The notes below the pieces were generated by a model. The model saw only the letters and a program-made list of their open reading frames with translations. It did no database searches and was not told the DNA's origin. Shown here piece by piece: positions 50,601 through 62,600 of a stretch of 64,000 nt of DNA. The stretch's first letter is position 1. Every line of letters starts with the position of its first letter. Source of the DNA: Balanoglossus misakiensis (Eukaryota > Animalia > Hemichordata); assembly GCA_040954595.2 (NCBI GenBank), contig CM082576.2:15671028-15735027 (forward strand), in the 5' to 3' direction. Made by a program: the position numbers and the translations under genes.

Positions 50601-53600
50601 TGATGCCATCACGGTTGATCTGTTGCCATTTTTAACTAAAAGGTAAACGCAGGGGACATTGGTCTCCATGCCGATTGTTGCCGTGTGTGAATATTATAAC
50701 CAAATGGGTACCAGGCAACCATAGTGGATCAGGTCTGACATGCATTCTGATCATCATCATTTGCCAGATTTCAGTTTATTTACTCGGACAGTTTTATGAA
50801 ATGACATTTTTGAGCTGCTGTCACTATACATTTGTGTATATTTAAGGGTACATGTATACATGTATGTATGTGCAAAGTTATATGTACAGTGTATGTACTG
50901 TTTGTAAAGGTGCATGTATATGTGGTATGGGTCAGCTGGCCTGGATGTTTGTTGCAATGAACATGTCAACATCAGTGGTACAGGACTTGTATATCCAGAT
51001 TAGCTATAGGTTTACCAAGGAAAGTTTTATTTGATGTAACATCGCACAGTAGGAAATGATCTACACGGGTATTCTAAATTTACCCAGGTTTTATTTATTT
51101 ATTTATTTTTTGACATATTCAAATGCAACATATTAACCAACATAATAATGTATTGACAATTAATCCAGCATGTCTTTTTCTTTCCTGTATTGTTGCAGTG
51201 TCACAGAGAAAGCAAGCAGTGGTTTGACGTTATCCCTCGGGGCTTGTCATGACCTTCTACCAACACTTAGAAGATTGATAAGCAGTCAGTATGAAGAGTA
51301 AGTTCTTTACTGTCATCTAACCTCCCAATGCCGTGGGAGTTTTTTTTTTTTTTTTTGCTGTCAAACCCTCTTCTGCCTAAAGACTTCAGTGAAAGCCCTG
51401 TTTTCTACTCTGATTGGTCACAGACACTGAGTACTCCATTCAGAACTCAAATTAGTGCACAGTGAGGAGGGCACCCCACCCCTCATCTCCCCTCCCCTCC
51501 CACCCTGTGCTCTGTCACATTAATACATGGAAAAACAATTTATAATGTTCATGTTTTTAAACCACTGTTCTGAACTTTTTCTTGTCTTTATCTGTCATGC
51601 ATTATTTGTGCTGTGTGTTCTCAACATAAAGACAAGTATTATTTTGTTTTTTTAAAAAGAAATGGAACATAGTTGATGTGCAAGTTTCAAATAATTCTAC
51701 TGGCCATTCAATCAAAATTGGACTCCAGTTTAATTGGATTTTCTCTGTAGCAATAACTTCAGTTCCCAACAAACTGTATTAGTTTAATTCCTTAAACCTC
51801 TCAAGAACCTGCAGACAATTTGAAACAAAGAAAAGTAGACACACACAACTTCCATCCAACTTGTAGACACGAGAGTGATAAACTCGCCAAAATGAATAAT
51901 CGGTGTTTACCATTTATTCATTTTGGCGAGATTTTTACTCTCATATCCTACAAGCGGGATTGAAGTTATGTATGGTTGAACGTTCATTCACTACATATAC
52001 ACATGTACATTAACATAAACAGTGTCTTGTATCAAACATAATGGAAAAAGGGCAGCGATAGAGAGACTTTGTCCCTTTAAGCATGAGGTTGGGAAATAGG
52101 ATGATGATAAGTGGTTGCTTGTAACTGTTTTTAGAGACAGCTTGATGCATGGTCCTTGCAGTACATCTGAGCTATGACCATGCAATGCTGGCTGGCTCAT
52201 AATCATCTTTCTGTAAAAACCAATAATGCACCATGTCACTGACAATCAGATTCATTGTATGTTTTATCTGCAGTTACATTGTTGCAGCATTAGACATGTT
52301 GATAACAATCCTCAAACACTGGTGGAAACAGTTCAAATCAGTGAACCAGTCAACGCAGATGAATCCATCGGATTTCCTACGAAGTCAGTAAGTATTTGTC
52401 ATATTTTACATTTTAAGTTTACGTCTGAAAGTGAATTAACACAAAGTACAGCCCTGTATGGATGAGGGCTCAGTGATCCTATGTGCCACTCACTGTGCCA
52501 ATTAAGTTGATGTTCCTCCCTCTGATTTGAGGATGAGCTTGACCCCGTATCAGTTCGAAGGTCAGTTTTTGTGGGTCAGGAGATGACTGATGAGGCTGAT
52601 CCGAGCCTGTAGGGCACGCCCACACACGGGACAGGTGTGGGTGGGTGCTACGTTGGAAGTGTTGACAGCTCGAGCTTTGCGCGCTTCATGTGTCTGCTGC
52701 ACTTCTGTCGTGCCAGTGGAGACTTTGCTACGCCAAGTTGGGCGGTTGGTAGCAAGCAAGCTACCAACCGTTAGGAGTTGGCATCATTGAATGCTATAAG
52801 GAACAGAAAAGACGATACCAGCGCACAGAACAAGTACAGAAAAAAAGTCCACTTGTAAGTGTGATAAGTGTGATATGGTACCCTCTAAAAGTAGACTACC
52901 ATAGCATAATAGTGTATTTATTCATGGGACACATGATAGATATGTAAGTCTTAGTATCATCATGGGTGTATAATTACACAAATCCTAGACAGTTGCGAGG
53001 TGTGAGTAACTTTCTCACAGAATTTGTTTCCAGAGCATGCGCATCTTACACTCTAATAATATCATGCAGCATCTTTATGATAGATCATTATTTTTCCTTA
53101 CAGAAGTGTCAGTGGTGTTTTTACAGTAATTGTCACAATGACAGATGACATACGAGTGTTATCCAAACGTCCAGGAAATCTTGGCAAAAAAGCACATGTA
53201 AGTATAAAAGAGTGGTCAGAACATGTGTTTTATGAAATTATTCAAATTTGCTAGAATATATTACAAAAATATAGAATGCTACCAGCACCATGCAATTGCT
53301 GTCATCCAAAGTTGCGTTCAGTTTTCATACAGGTCAGAATCAGTGAAACCCAGAATTCAAAATTACCATGGTAGAATCAAAAACACTTTTGGAAAATGAG
53401 CATAGATACACATATTTCCTATGTATGCACTCACTCGTGTATTTGAAACACTATCACATGATTTACCCCATGTCTTTTTTCCATTGAATCCTGCAGTAGT
53501 CTGCGTGTGATATTTTATTCAGGAGTAGGCTTATTGAGTACTGTACGTAAAATGGGTTATTTTTTCGCGACAGGAAATTTTTGGGATATCGGAAGAGGCT

Positions 53601-53829
53601 ACTGTTATGCGAGGATTAATTTTCGCGTTCTCATATACCACTAACTGCATCTCCGAAAAACATTTTACGCGACTTTTCATTTTTACATTTATTGCTCGCG
53701 AAAATAACCCGTTTTACAGTATTTTCTGCCTGTTTATCTTTGCCATTTTAATTGGCTGGCTTTGATCTAAATATTTTCTGTTTTGAATTTGTCTGTTAGG
53801 TGGTCTACACTTTACTGTCACAACTTTGA
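47633..53829 (+). CDS. KATNBL1: KATNB1-like protein 1 (katanin p80 C-terminal/con80 domain; 9 coding exons, ~329 aa)
   Basis: Exons 47633-47770, 48037-48095, 48545-48611, 49355-49576, 50476-50642, 51199-51297, 52274-52387, 53104-53197, 53800-53829; all GT-AG, phases consistent, 990 nt. Peptides IPRKK, KSPDK, GHGTMMKIMTTR..AETFW..LVTYILRTND..VDLLPFLT, SLGACHDLLP, YEDYIVAAL..ILKHWW and PGNLGKKA match KATNBL1 as recalled. No WD40 N-terminus, so not KATNB1. Probable non-coding exon ending 47346 (CAG|GTAAGG); AATAAA near 54134. Confidence 0.9.
51840..52076. mobile_element. Family A palindromic MITE, partial copy (KATNBL1 intron)
   Basis: Same core and right terminus as 12378-12724. Confidence 0.8.
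52520..52762 (-). mobile_element. RTE-clade LINE, 5'-truncated 3' end
   Basis: ORF 52562-52759 reads LATNRPTWRSKV..ARKAR..CPVCGRALQARISLISHLLTH, the typical RTE ORF2 C-terminus (A-D-R-x-x-W-R followed by a C2H2 finger ARIGLxSHxRTH). Confidence 0.75.
53541..53719. mobile_element. Family C MITE
   Basis: TA|CTGTA..GGGTTATTTTT..GAAAATAACCCGTTTTACAG|TA. Confidence 0.7.
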
Positions 53830-54397
53830 AAGAAGATTGGAAGACTTTCTGCCAAGTGTATTGCTGGCTATTCCATCCTTGTGTGGTTTGTGTGTTTGCT
53901 GGACTCTATGTATGCACTGTGAAGTGTGTATAATCACTCACTTTCAATTTTAACATTTACTTTCCGTCCCATGGTACAGACTTTGTTACCAAGGCAATGG
54001 CACTATGACAATGACGACTGCATACATGACATTATTGTTCAAATATTTAAGATTTTAAAGTATAGTATATTGGAGGATAGTGTTGGACATAAAACAAAAA
54101 GGCAAAGCTTAACACCTCAAGGAATAACTGCTCAATAAAAATTAGTATGCTCCATGTTGAGCCATTTGTCAGATAGGACAACACTAAATACTGTCGATGA
54201 TACTAGGATGGTAATCCACAACTATGACTTTAAAATGCAACCATTTGCATCATGATGGGATCTGTTCTGGTATTGACTATACAAACAGTACTGACTATGT
54301 GGTCTACTGTTATGGTCAGTGTTGTTACTTTGACATATCTGTACCAATTTCTTTCAAAGTTGGTACTGTAGTGCAATTTAGGATGTATAATCAGTAA

Positions 54398-54810
54398 AAT
54401 TGAAAGTACATGTATTGTCATTTCTTTTTATTGAAGATTTTTGGTTCCTCTTTTATAAGCAATGCATAATAAAAATATGTAATAAAATGTAGGGGTCACC
54501 ATGCTTGTTTTCGAAATACAAGGCCATGAATTTAGTCAATAGTCGACAAAAACTGCTGAATCAGCATTTTTTCGCCATTGGTTTGTATATATATGGGCAA
54601 AACATTTAACAAAGTTTATCTCAAAATAGAGCGTGGTGACCACAGAATTTTATTTGACCAATGAATTTATTTTTTACTTGACTGAGCTGTGTGTAAAATA
54701 TCGTGAAAATGACAATAGTAGAAGTGAATTTTCTAGCAATTTCAACAATCCCACGGAGAGAGACACATACGCACAAGTTTGCGTAGTTTACCAGTTTATG
54801 TTCTGCACAA
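54398..54810. mobile_element. MITE family B copy, termini decayed
   Basis: Shares AATAAAAT-TAGGGGTCACC, GCCATGAATTTAGTC and GAAAATGACAATAGTAGAAGT with 21676-22081. Confidence 0.7.
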
Positions 54811-55443
54811 TAGATATACAATACAATGTATGTAATTACTGTTTCACTGTTCCCACTGCCATTTATTTTGCTCATTTTCTTCATGCCAAAAATGAGTGCA
54901 TGGCCACCAAATCAGAACCTGTTTCTGTCAAGAGAGCTCACTTACTTTATGTGCAGGACTTCTTTATTTTATGAAACACTTCAAAATGGCTTCCGTTACA
55001 AAGATTTTGTATTTAGCCAGTCAAAAACTGATGAGAACGTGACTAAATTTGAAGAAATGTACCTCTCTGTCTACACTGATATCATGTGTATGGAATTGAT
55101 AATTGTTCTTGTAAGGTGCTGCACAGAGCAGACCTTGGAAGGGTATTTTCTTCGAAATTCTAACCAAGTATATCAAACATTTTCACATACATGTAGACTT
55201 AGGAAGTGACAAATGTCAATAATGCAAGATATACCGAAAACCTAGTAGGCACAGTTTTGCTGACAGTGTAAATAAGTTGTTCATACTTAAAGCACCAACA
55301 GTTATATGGGGCGACAGTAATACTGTTTATTTCAAGTAGATTTTCCTAAATATACACTCCTCAAGCTATAAGAAAACAAACAAAAACTTCTGGTAATGGA
55401 CGTTGTGATGAGACCGAAATTAATTTCATAGAGCCCTCTGATG

Positions 55444-55736
55444 TAGCCTGGCCCCAGACCAGTGTGTTTTAGATATATAGAAATTCTACACACTGGCCTG
55501 GCCATAGAATAAACCATCTGAATTTTTCAAGATCTGCATGTCAATAGAACTCAAAATTGGCCGTTACCATGGAACAAATGTTGCTAATTAATGCTAATTA
55601 TTTTCCTACTATTAGCAACGCCCAGGTCATTGCTCTGGCCAATCAGTAGTTGAAAAATTCAGATAGTTTATTCTATGGCTAGGCCAGTGTGTAGCATTTC
55701 TATATATCTAAAACACACTGGTCTGGGGCCAGGCTA
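55444..55736. mobile_element. Long-TIR MITE with a 9-bp TSD and TAG..CTA termini (Academ-like or MULE-like)
   Basis: About 85 bp of near-perfect TIR (TAGCCTGGCCCCAGACCAGTGTG...), flanked on both sides by CCTCTGATG. Confidence 0.8.
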
Positions 55737-56262
55737 CCTCTGATGATAAATACCGGTATATCTTTGGTGCAAACAATTTTATTGATATTGCCAAGAACTT
55801 TATTTTGTCACAGCAAGACCATGAATGAAATGCAATTATTTCGTGTGAAACTTTTTCTTACCATTGATTTCAGAAAACACTTCCTTGTCACAGAGTTTAG
55901 CAAAAGTATCTGCCAATGGATAAATGCAGATGTTAAATTTAGGTCACTGCCTCCATTTTACACAACTATGTCTGTCCATTTGAAATTGAATACAGGATCT
56001 ACTAAATGCTTTTGAACTAGAATCTTTCAAGTGATCGTGATCTCAAAGCAAGAATATATGTTCATTTACATTGCAATTTCTTGTTCTTCTTATAGTCATT
56101 AAACTTTTTTTATTCACTTTACAAAGACAAGCTTCGTTTTATGATGTGTGTATGCTTGAACATATATGTGTGTCCTCCTCGCTTTTAAAATAAAAGGCTT
56201 TAATTGCCAAACCCGATCTAACCCCTCTCACCCATGCTGATAGCCATGTACTCACTGTGTAA

Positions 56263-57056
56263 GGCTGCATTCACAAACACCTCTGGAGGGGGGGGCGGGA
56301 GAATTCAATTTTTTTTACCGCTAATTTTCACATGCCCCCCCGCCACACAACCCGAAATATTTTCAAATCCCCCCCTTCCGTACTGCCAAAATTTTGAAAT
56401 CCCCCCCCCCCCCCATTTTCTTTCACAGAGCAAAACACATCTATCTTGTAAAAAAGAAAAACAGCGTTCCCATGAAAAGAATTTGAAACTGATGTTTCCC
56501 CTCATCAGTGGGTATTAAAACTGAACATTGTTTTTATTGTTTAAGTATTTGTATTCTGTGTTGAGAGACATTGTAAACCGAGAATTGAAGGGGGTGGGTT
56601 TGGGAGGGGGTGTCCCCCTCCCACGTAAGAAAATTTTATAAAATACAGAGCTCAAAGCTGCATTTTAATGAACCCAGCAAAAGCAAATTAACTCAACTAC
56701 CGGTATGTTGGGGAGGACAAATTAAACCGTCGCCGCTCAAAGTTATCATGGGGTGGGGGCAAGTCCCCTGACCTGGGACACTAGATAAAGCAGTAAATGA
56801 TTGAAAGATGTTGATGAATGGAGGGGGTGGGTGTGGGAGTGTCCCCCTCCCACATTAGAAAATTTTGTAAAATAAAGGGCGCGAAACTGCATTTTTGTGG
56901 ACTCAAAATAAATATTTAGTCGTCAAAGTTTTCAAGTCCCCCCTTTCAGTCCCTAAATTATTTCAAATCCCCCCCCTTACATACCCTCAATTTTTTCAAA
57001 TCCCCCCCTCAATTCTCCTGCCCCCCCCCCCTCCAGAGGTGTTTGTGAATGCAGCC
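56263..57056. mobile_element. PIF/Harbinger-type MITE, copy 1
   Basis: TAA|GGCTGCATTCACAAACACCTCTGGAGGGG...CCTCCAGAGGTGTTTGTGAATGCAGCC|TAA. Confidence 0.85.
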
Positions 57057-57430
57057 TAAGCGTGCCTAAATATAGCTTGGATATATTTGCATAAATTACT
57101 TCTCATGTTCTTTTGAAGTTGAATAGAATAAACGTGAGTCTATTAAAGTTTGGGAAGTTTGTATTCAGTTTGCCAACAAAGTGGGAAAGGAAAAGACAAT
57201 AACACTGCCAGGAGTCTACTACCTCCATGATGGACCAGAAAGCAATGGCTATTTTATTTCATTTCATATTCTATGTTCACAACTGCTATGCTCCCATCAA
57301 CTGGGGAAACTAAATGATTGAACTTTCTGTTTGAACAATTCATGTATTTTTTTTGCTATAACTCCTACACTACTATAGTCAGCACATGACTGGTATACAC
57401 TTGAAAAGGGAGAACTTCTAATCTAATCTT

Positions 57431-58771
57431 CTACCATTCGAAGTTGAGATCAGTCCCGTCCATTCTTTGTTCATAGATCTTCTCGAACTCTTTATTCTGA
57501 GCCACAGTGAAATAGTTTTCCCAGTCACCAACTATACCTGAAATTAACAATACGAGATTACAAAATGTTCTTAACGAATGGATAGAATGTACGTATAATG
57601 TGACATTTTAATCTTTTTTATCGTTTATTTTGACAATTTCTTACACAATGAGGGGAATTACATATGATGACCGATCATGCCCCCCAAACAACGCCCTCTA
57701 TGACAAAGACAAGCGACACTCAGTCACACGCCCTGGCCAGCTTCCCGCTTCTGTGTAATGCATTGGCTAAACCAAAAATGGCGATTTGCAAGTAGTGTAC
57801 CTTTTCTTATAAGGCTGCATTCACAAACACCTCTGGAGGGGGGGGGGGCGGGAGAATTGAGGGGGGGGGGATTTGAAAAAATTGAGGGTATGTAAGGGGG
57901 GGGGATTTGAAATAATTTAGGGACTGAAAGGGGGGGACTTGAAAACTTTAACGACTAAATATTTATTTTGAGTCCACAAAAATGCAGTTTCGCGCCCTTT
58001 ATTTTACAAAATTTTCTAATGTGGGAGGGGGACACCCCCTCCCACACCCACCCCCTCCATTCATCAACACCTTTCAATCATTGACTGGTTTATCTAGTGT
58101 CCCAGGTCAGGGGACTTGCCCCACCCCATGATAACTTTGAGCGGCGACGGTTAAATTTGTCCTCCCCAACATATCGATAGTTGAGTTAATTTGCTTTTGC
58201 CGGGTTCATTAAAATGCAGCTTTGAGCTCTGTATTTTATAAAATTTTCTTACGTGGGAGGGGGACACCCCCTCCCAAACCCACCCCCTTCAATTCTCGGT
58301 TTACAATGTCTGCCAACACAGAATACTAATATATGTACTTAAAAAATAAAAACAATGTTCAGTTTTAATACCCACTGCTGAGGGGAAACATCAGTTTCAA
58401 ATTCTATTCATGGGAGCGCTGTTTTTCTTTTTACAAGATAGATAGGTGATGTGTTTTGCTCTGTGAAAGAAAATGGGGGGGGGGGATTTCAAAATTTTGG
58501 CAGTTCGGAAGGGGGGGATTTGAAAATATTGGCGGTTCGGAAGGGGGGCATGTGAAAATTAGCGGTAAAAAAAATTGAATTCTCCCGCCCCCCCCTCCAG
58601 AGGTGTTTGTGAATGCAGCCTAAAACCTTTCTGTCCCAAGTACGAGTTTACGGTCGAGTTTTCTTTCATATTCTTGAAAGAACGGTGTTCTAAAATTATG
58701 TCTTCTGTGTCTTCAGTCAGTTTAACATCAAGGAACCGAGCAGCTTCCTTTAATAGCACGTCTCTTGGATT
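57431..58771 (-). pseudogene. Cytosolic sulfotransferase (SULT family) 3' fragment, last two exons, MITE-disrupted
   Basis: Exon 58771-57801 reads NPRDVLLKEAARFLDVKLTEDTEDIILEHRSFKNMKENSTVNSYLGQKGF/IRK and is interrupted by the element at 57813-58620. Last exon 57537-57431 reads [35 protein letters not shown], the SULT RKGxxGDWxNxFTxAQN motif. No upstream SULT exons were recognised in the window. Confidence 0.85.
57813..58620. mobile_element. PIF/Harbinger-type MITE, copy 2 (inverted; inserted in a SULT exon)
   Basis: Same TIRs and TAA TSD; the interior is a near-identical reverse complement of 56263-57056. Confidence 0.9.
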
Positions 58772-59627
58772 CTGTGATGAACAGTTTATACACAGTGTAT
58801 TTAATATCAGTCACGAATACGTGTCTAGTGCTTATGAAATGTAAACACTTTTGTCGCATGCATAATTATTGTGTGTATAATGAAGGAGCGCAAAGTTCAT
58901 GAGCAATCACACTAGTTTTACCATTCATTGAAATGGTTAACGAACGCACACGGAAAACTAATAAAGCAGCAAACTGATGCACAACACCATTTTTTGTTTT
59001 GAAAATGATGTCATGTTAATAAAAGAGTAAATATCCCAATAGATATTTAAAAAGAAAAACCTAGACCACAAATACAGTGTGCAGTTCGTAAACAAAATAT
59101 AACTTTACGGAAGCTTCACTAACACAATGCAGACACGGCGTGTGGTGAACAATGACATCACAACTATCCTGGTACATGTACTTCGATGGGAATTCCCTTG
59201 CACATACACATTCAAAGCTAAAAAACGGAAGTAAATAAATTGAAAAAGCGAGGCTGTCTTCATTGAGCCGAACTACGACGGTGGACTTGATTTCCGCATA
59301 ACGGAGTGGTCAATTGAACGTCGACGCTATCTCCGCTGGCGAACGGCGCTGAGTATAGGCCTAGTCGGAGATCCAGCGAGCCCGAACAAACTTTGTTAAT
59401 TATATTTATCGAAGTTATTGTTGGCCTTTTCACGTGCATGTCACGATTTTTCTACCAGTTCGTGCTACACAAAACCCTTTCAACGGTAATTGTGTTATCA
59501 CAACCCCTGTTTCCATTTAGCGTCGATGCGTTTCCGGCTTCGCTGTTTGATCGTCAAGCAACCGACGTTGGGGTAACTACGTTAGTGTCACTACAGTTGT
59601 TACGGACTGTAGCAATATCAAAAAGCA

Positions 59628-62600
59628 ATGGATCTCCTTAACCGTTTGTCCTGGGTAAGCCTCCTGATTACTCTGTCGGGTAAGTTTGGTTTTACGTATA
59701 CTGTACGTATATTGTAAATGGACCATGCATTTCGCTTTTTTATTTCCACTAAAGTTTACTAAAGCTAAGGGAGCATTCGTTTTTTACAGGGAAGGGGGTG
59801 GCGGTGGAAATCAGGGGGGGGGGGTTTACTTTTACAAAGCAGTTTTTTGTGGGGGGGGGGGACAAATTTTATAATCAATGGTTTGGGGGGACAATTTTTA
59901 CAACAGATTTGTATGGAATTATAGCAAAAAACAACAGAATTGACCGTAAAGTGTATAAAATAGAATACAAACATGTCTTTATTCTGTGTGATCAGGTGAC
60001 AACAAGTACACTTTTGATCACAAAAATAACATTTTCAGGCTGTATCATGGCAATATTATGACATACATCACTTTTAAAACTCTTTGGAAACTGGAAAAAT
60101 AGCTACATTCCGAAATACGGATATATGGAGTGTTTGCAAAGATTTTCAGACTTTGTTATAACATACACTCAAAAAAACAGGATTATATAGATAAGAACAC
60201 AAATATAGATAAGAACACCAATGGGAACCTAAAAGGAATCTAAAAACCCTTGTACAAAGCATTTGTACAAGTTGTATTAAAAAATACTGTCATATTATTG
60301 CATATGTACCACAGTATTCCAAGCGGCCCGTGCAATAATAATTCTGGTATTTTTGCGAGCTCATATGCAAATGAGCCTCCAGAAGAATAAGATCCCCCTT
60401 TTCCCCTTCAATCGATCGTATCTTTCACAGTTTAACCCTCGTTCTGTTACACAATCACTCGGAGTTCATATAAACCTCCGGAGGATATAACAAAAGAATG
60501 CTCCCTAAAGCAGAAGTTATTTCCGCTCTGTCGATTAGTGTTGGCCGTTCGAGTGGACACACACAGACACCATAGTACCTTGATTTATCCCAGGAGTAGC
60601 ATCAATGATATAATGACAATTTCATTTTTGCTGATATGAACTACAGACGCGAATGGCGATAATACATATTGGACAATATTCCTATTTCTAGACGGGTACT
60701 GGACTCGCTGGTTTGATGAACCCAAAAGAACGTATGGTGACCTCGAAATGTTGAAAAACAAGCGTAGAGCGTTTCCTCATTTAATATGCGACAACCCGTC
60801 GGCCATTGAAGTAAAAACGTCTCAGGGTTTACCAGCTGCTCAGACAGGAGAGCGATTCTATCAGTATGATTCCCTTGGGTTCAAGTGTTTGAATGACCAG
60901 CAGGATGACGGTATGTGCGAAGATTACCAAGTGAGGTTTTGCTGTCCAGGTAAGTTATTCGATGACTGTAACTGATAAAATACAATATTTTCATTGGGAA
61001 GAAGGTAGTTACGAAAGATAAATAACATATAAAATGTGTTATATTCATAGCACGACGCTTACAACTCCCAATATGCTAATTTGGTTTATCATAGGGGAAT
61101 TTGGGGCCACTACGTGCCTTACAGAGGAAGAGTTATACAGATATCCCAAAAGTAACAATGTCAGTCTCTCCGTTTATGAGGTAATGTAATTAGCGAACCT
61201 GTAGTTAATGTTGAGGGATTACGGATTTTATTTCGTTTTTATTCTTTTTGTATCATTAACTGTTTGCAACATTTAATGGATAGATGTATAGATGTATGGC
61301 TGTAGAGGTACGTGCATGGATGCATGTATGTATACCTGTATAACGCAGATGTGTGTACCAATATAATAGATTATGTTTCCATCTCCAGAACTTGAGCATA
61401 GGAAGTCGCGTATTTGTATTTGAAGAATGGAATACAATATCACCAAACATGACTTTCCACCTCGTCTATGGCAATGACGTAAGTAGATATTGCACGTCAA
61501 TGCAACTTAGAGATTATTCTCTCAGTGACTGGAAACAGAAAGACCAAAAAAATAATTATTATAATAGACACACCTTCCATTCCGCTTGCAGACACGAAAG
61601 TGAAAAATAATTATTATAATATACACACCTCCCATTCCGCTTGCAGACACGAAAATGAAAAAAACTTTCCAAAATGAATAATCGCTCTCTACCAATTATT
61701 CATTTTGGCGAGATGTTCACTCTCGTATCATACAAGAGGGGTGGAAGTTGTGTGTGGTTGAACGTTCATTCACTACATATACACATGTACATTAACATAA
61801 ACGGTGTGTTGTATCAAACATAATTAATGGAAAAAGGGCAGCGAGAGAGAAAGACTTTGTCCCTTTAACAGAAGTGTTCGTATGTGCAATCATCTTTCCC
61901 TGTTTCACATCCATGCATGGCTGTCAAACCTGCAATTCTATACCAAGTTTAACAGGTTCGGTGTAAGCGAAGACAACAAGGCTGTCGTTGTAGCGAAGCA
62001 TCTTGATGCCAAAATTATGCCAGATTTTGATCTAATTATCCACGCATATCAAGTGAGTATCAAAGTCTCTATAACCAGTTTTCATGCTTTTCCATGATCT
62101 TTTTCACATTACCGGCGAGAAATGCACATATACGAACACCCGAACGCCCACTCATTTATATTGAGCTTTGCTCAGTCACATTTTGCTTAAAATAATCAAA
62201 TAATTTCCGAGCTCAGAATAACCCGTGTGCCATATGTCAGCCATACAAAAACCAGAAAGATTGGTTAGCTTTTGTTTCATAACAATTGCAAAATTTGTAA
62301 ATAAGTTGTTCTGGTAAGTCGGCCATGTTTTACCACATGCAAAAAGTTGCATATACATGTAGGAACACTTCGAAGGATTTACACTGCGACAAGACCATTC
62401 CTTATATGTCAAACATAGCAATACACCCTGTTCCACTGTATACAAAAGTTAGTGTGTATAGGTGAACATCACTGAAACCGTAGACCGGAGTGTCTTCTTT
62501 GCTGCCGTTCGTATCAGAACTTACGCGCCGGTATTGTGGAAAAGATAATATTAGATAGAAAGGCGATGACACTCATTATAAAAAAATCTTAATATCAAAT

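Noticed and set aside
51751-51790. Acceptor-like site in a KATNBL1 intron
   Set aside because: In-frame stop follows; the homologous exon is at 52274-52387.
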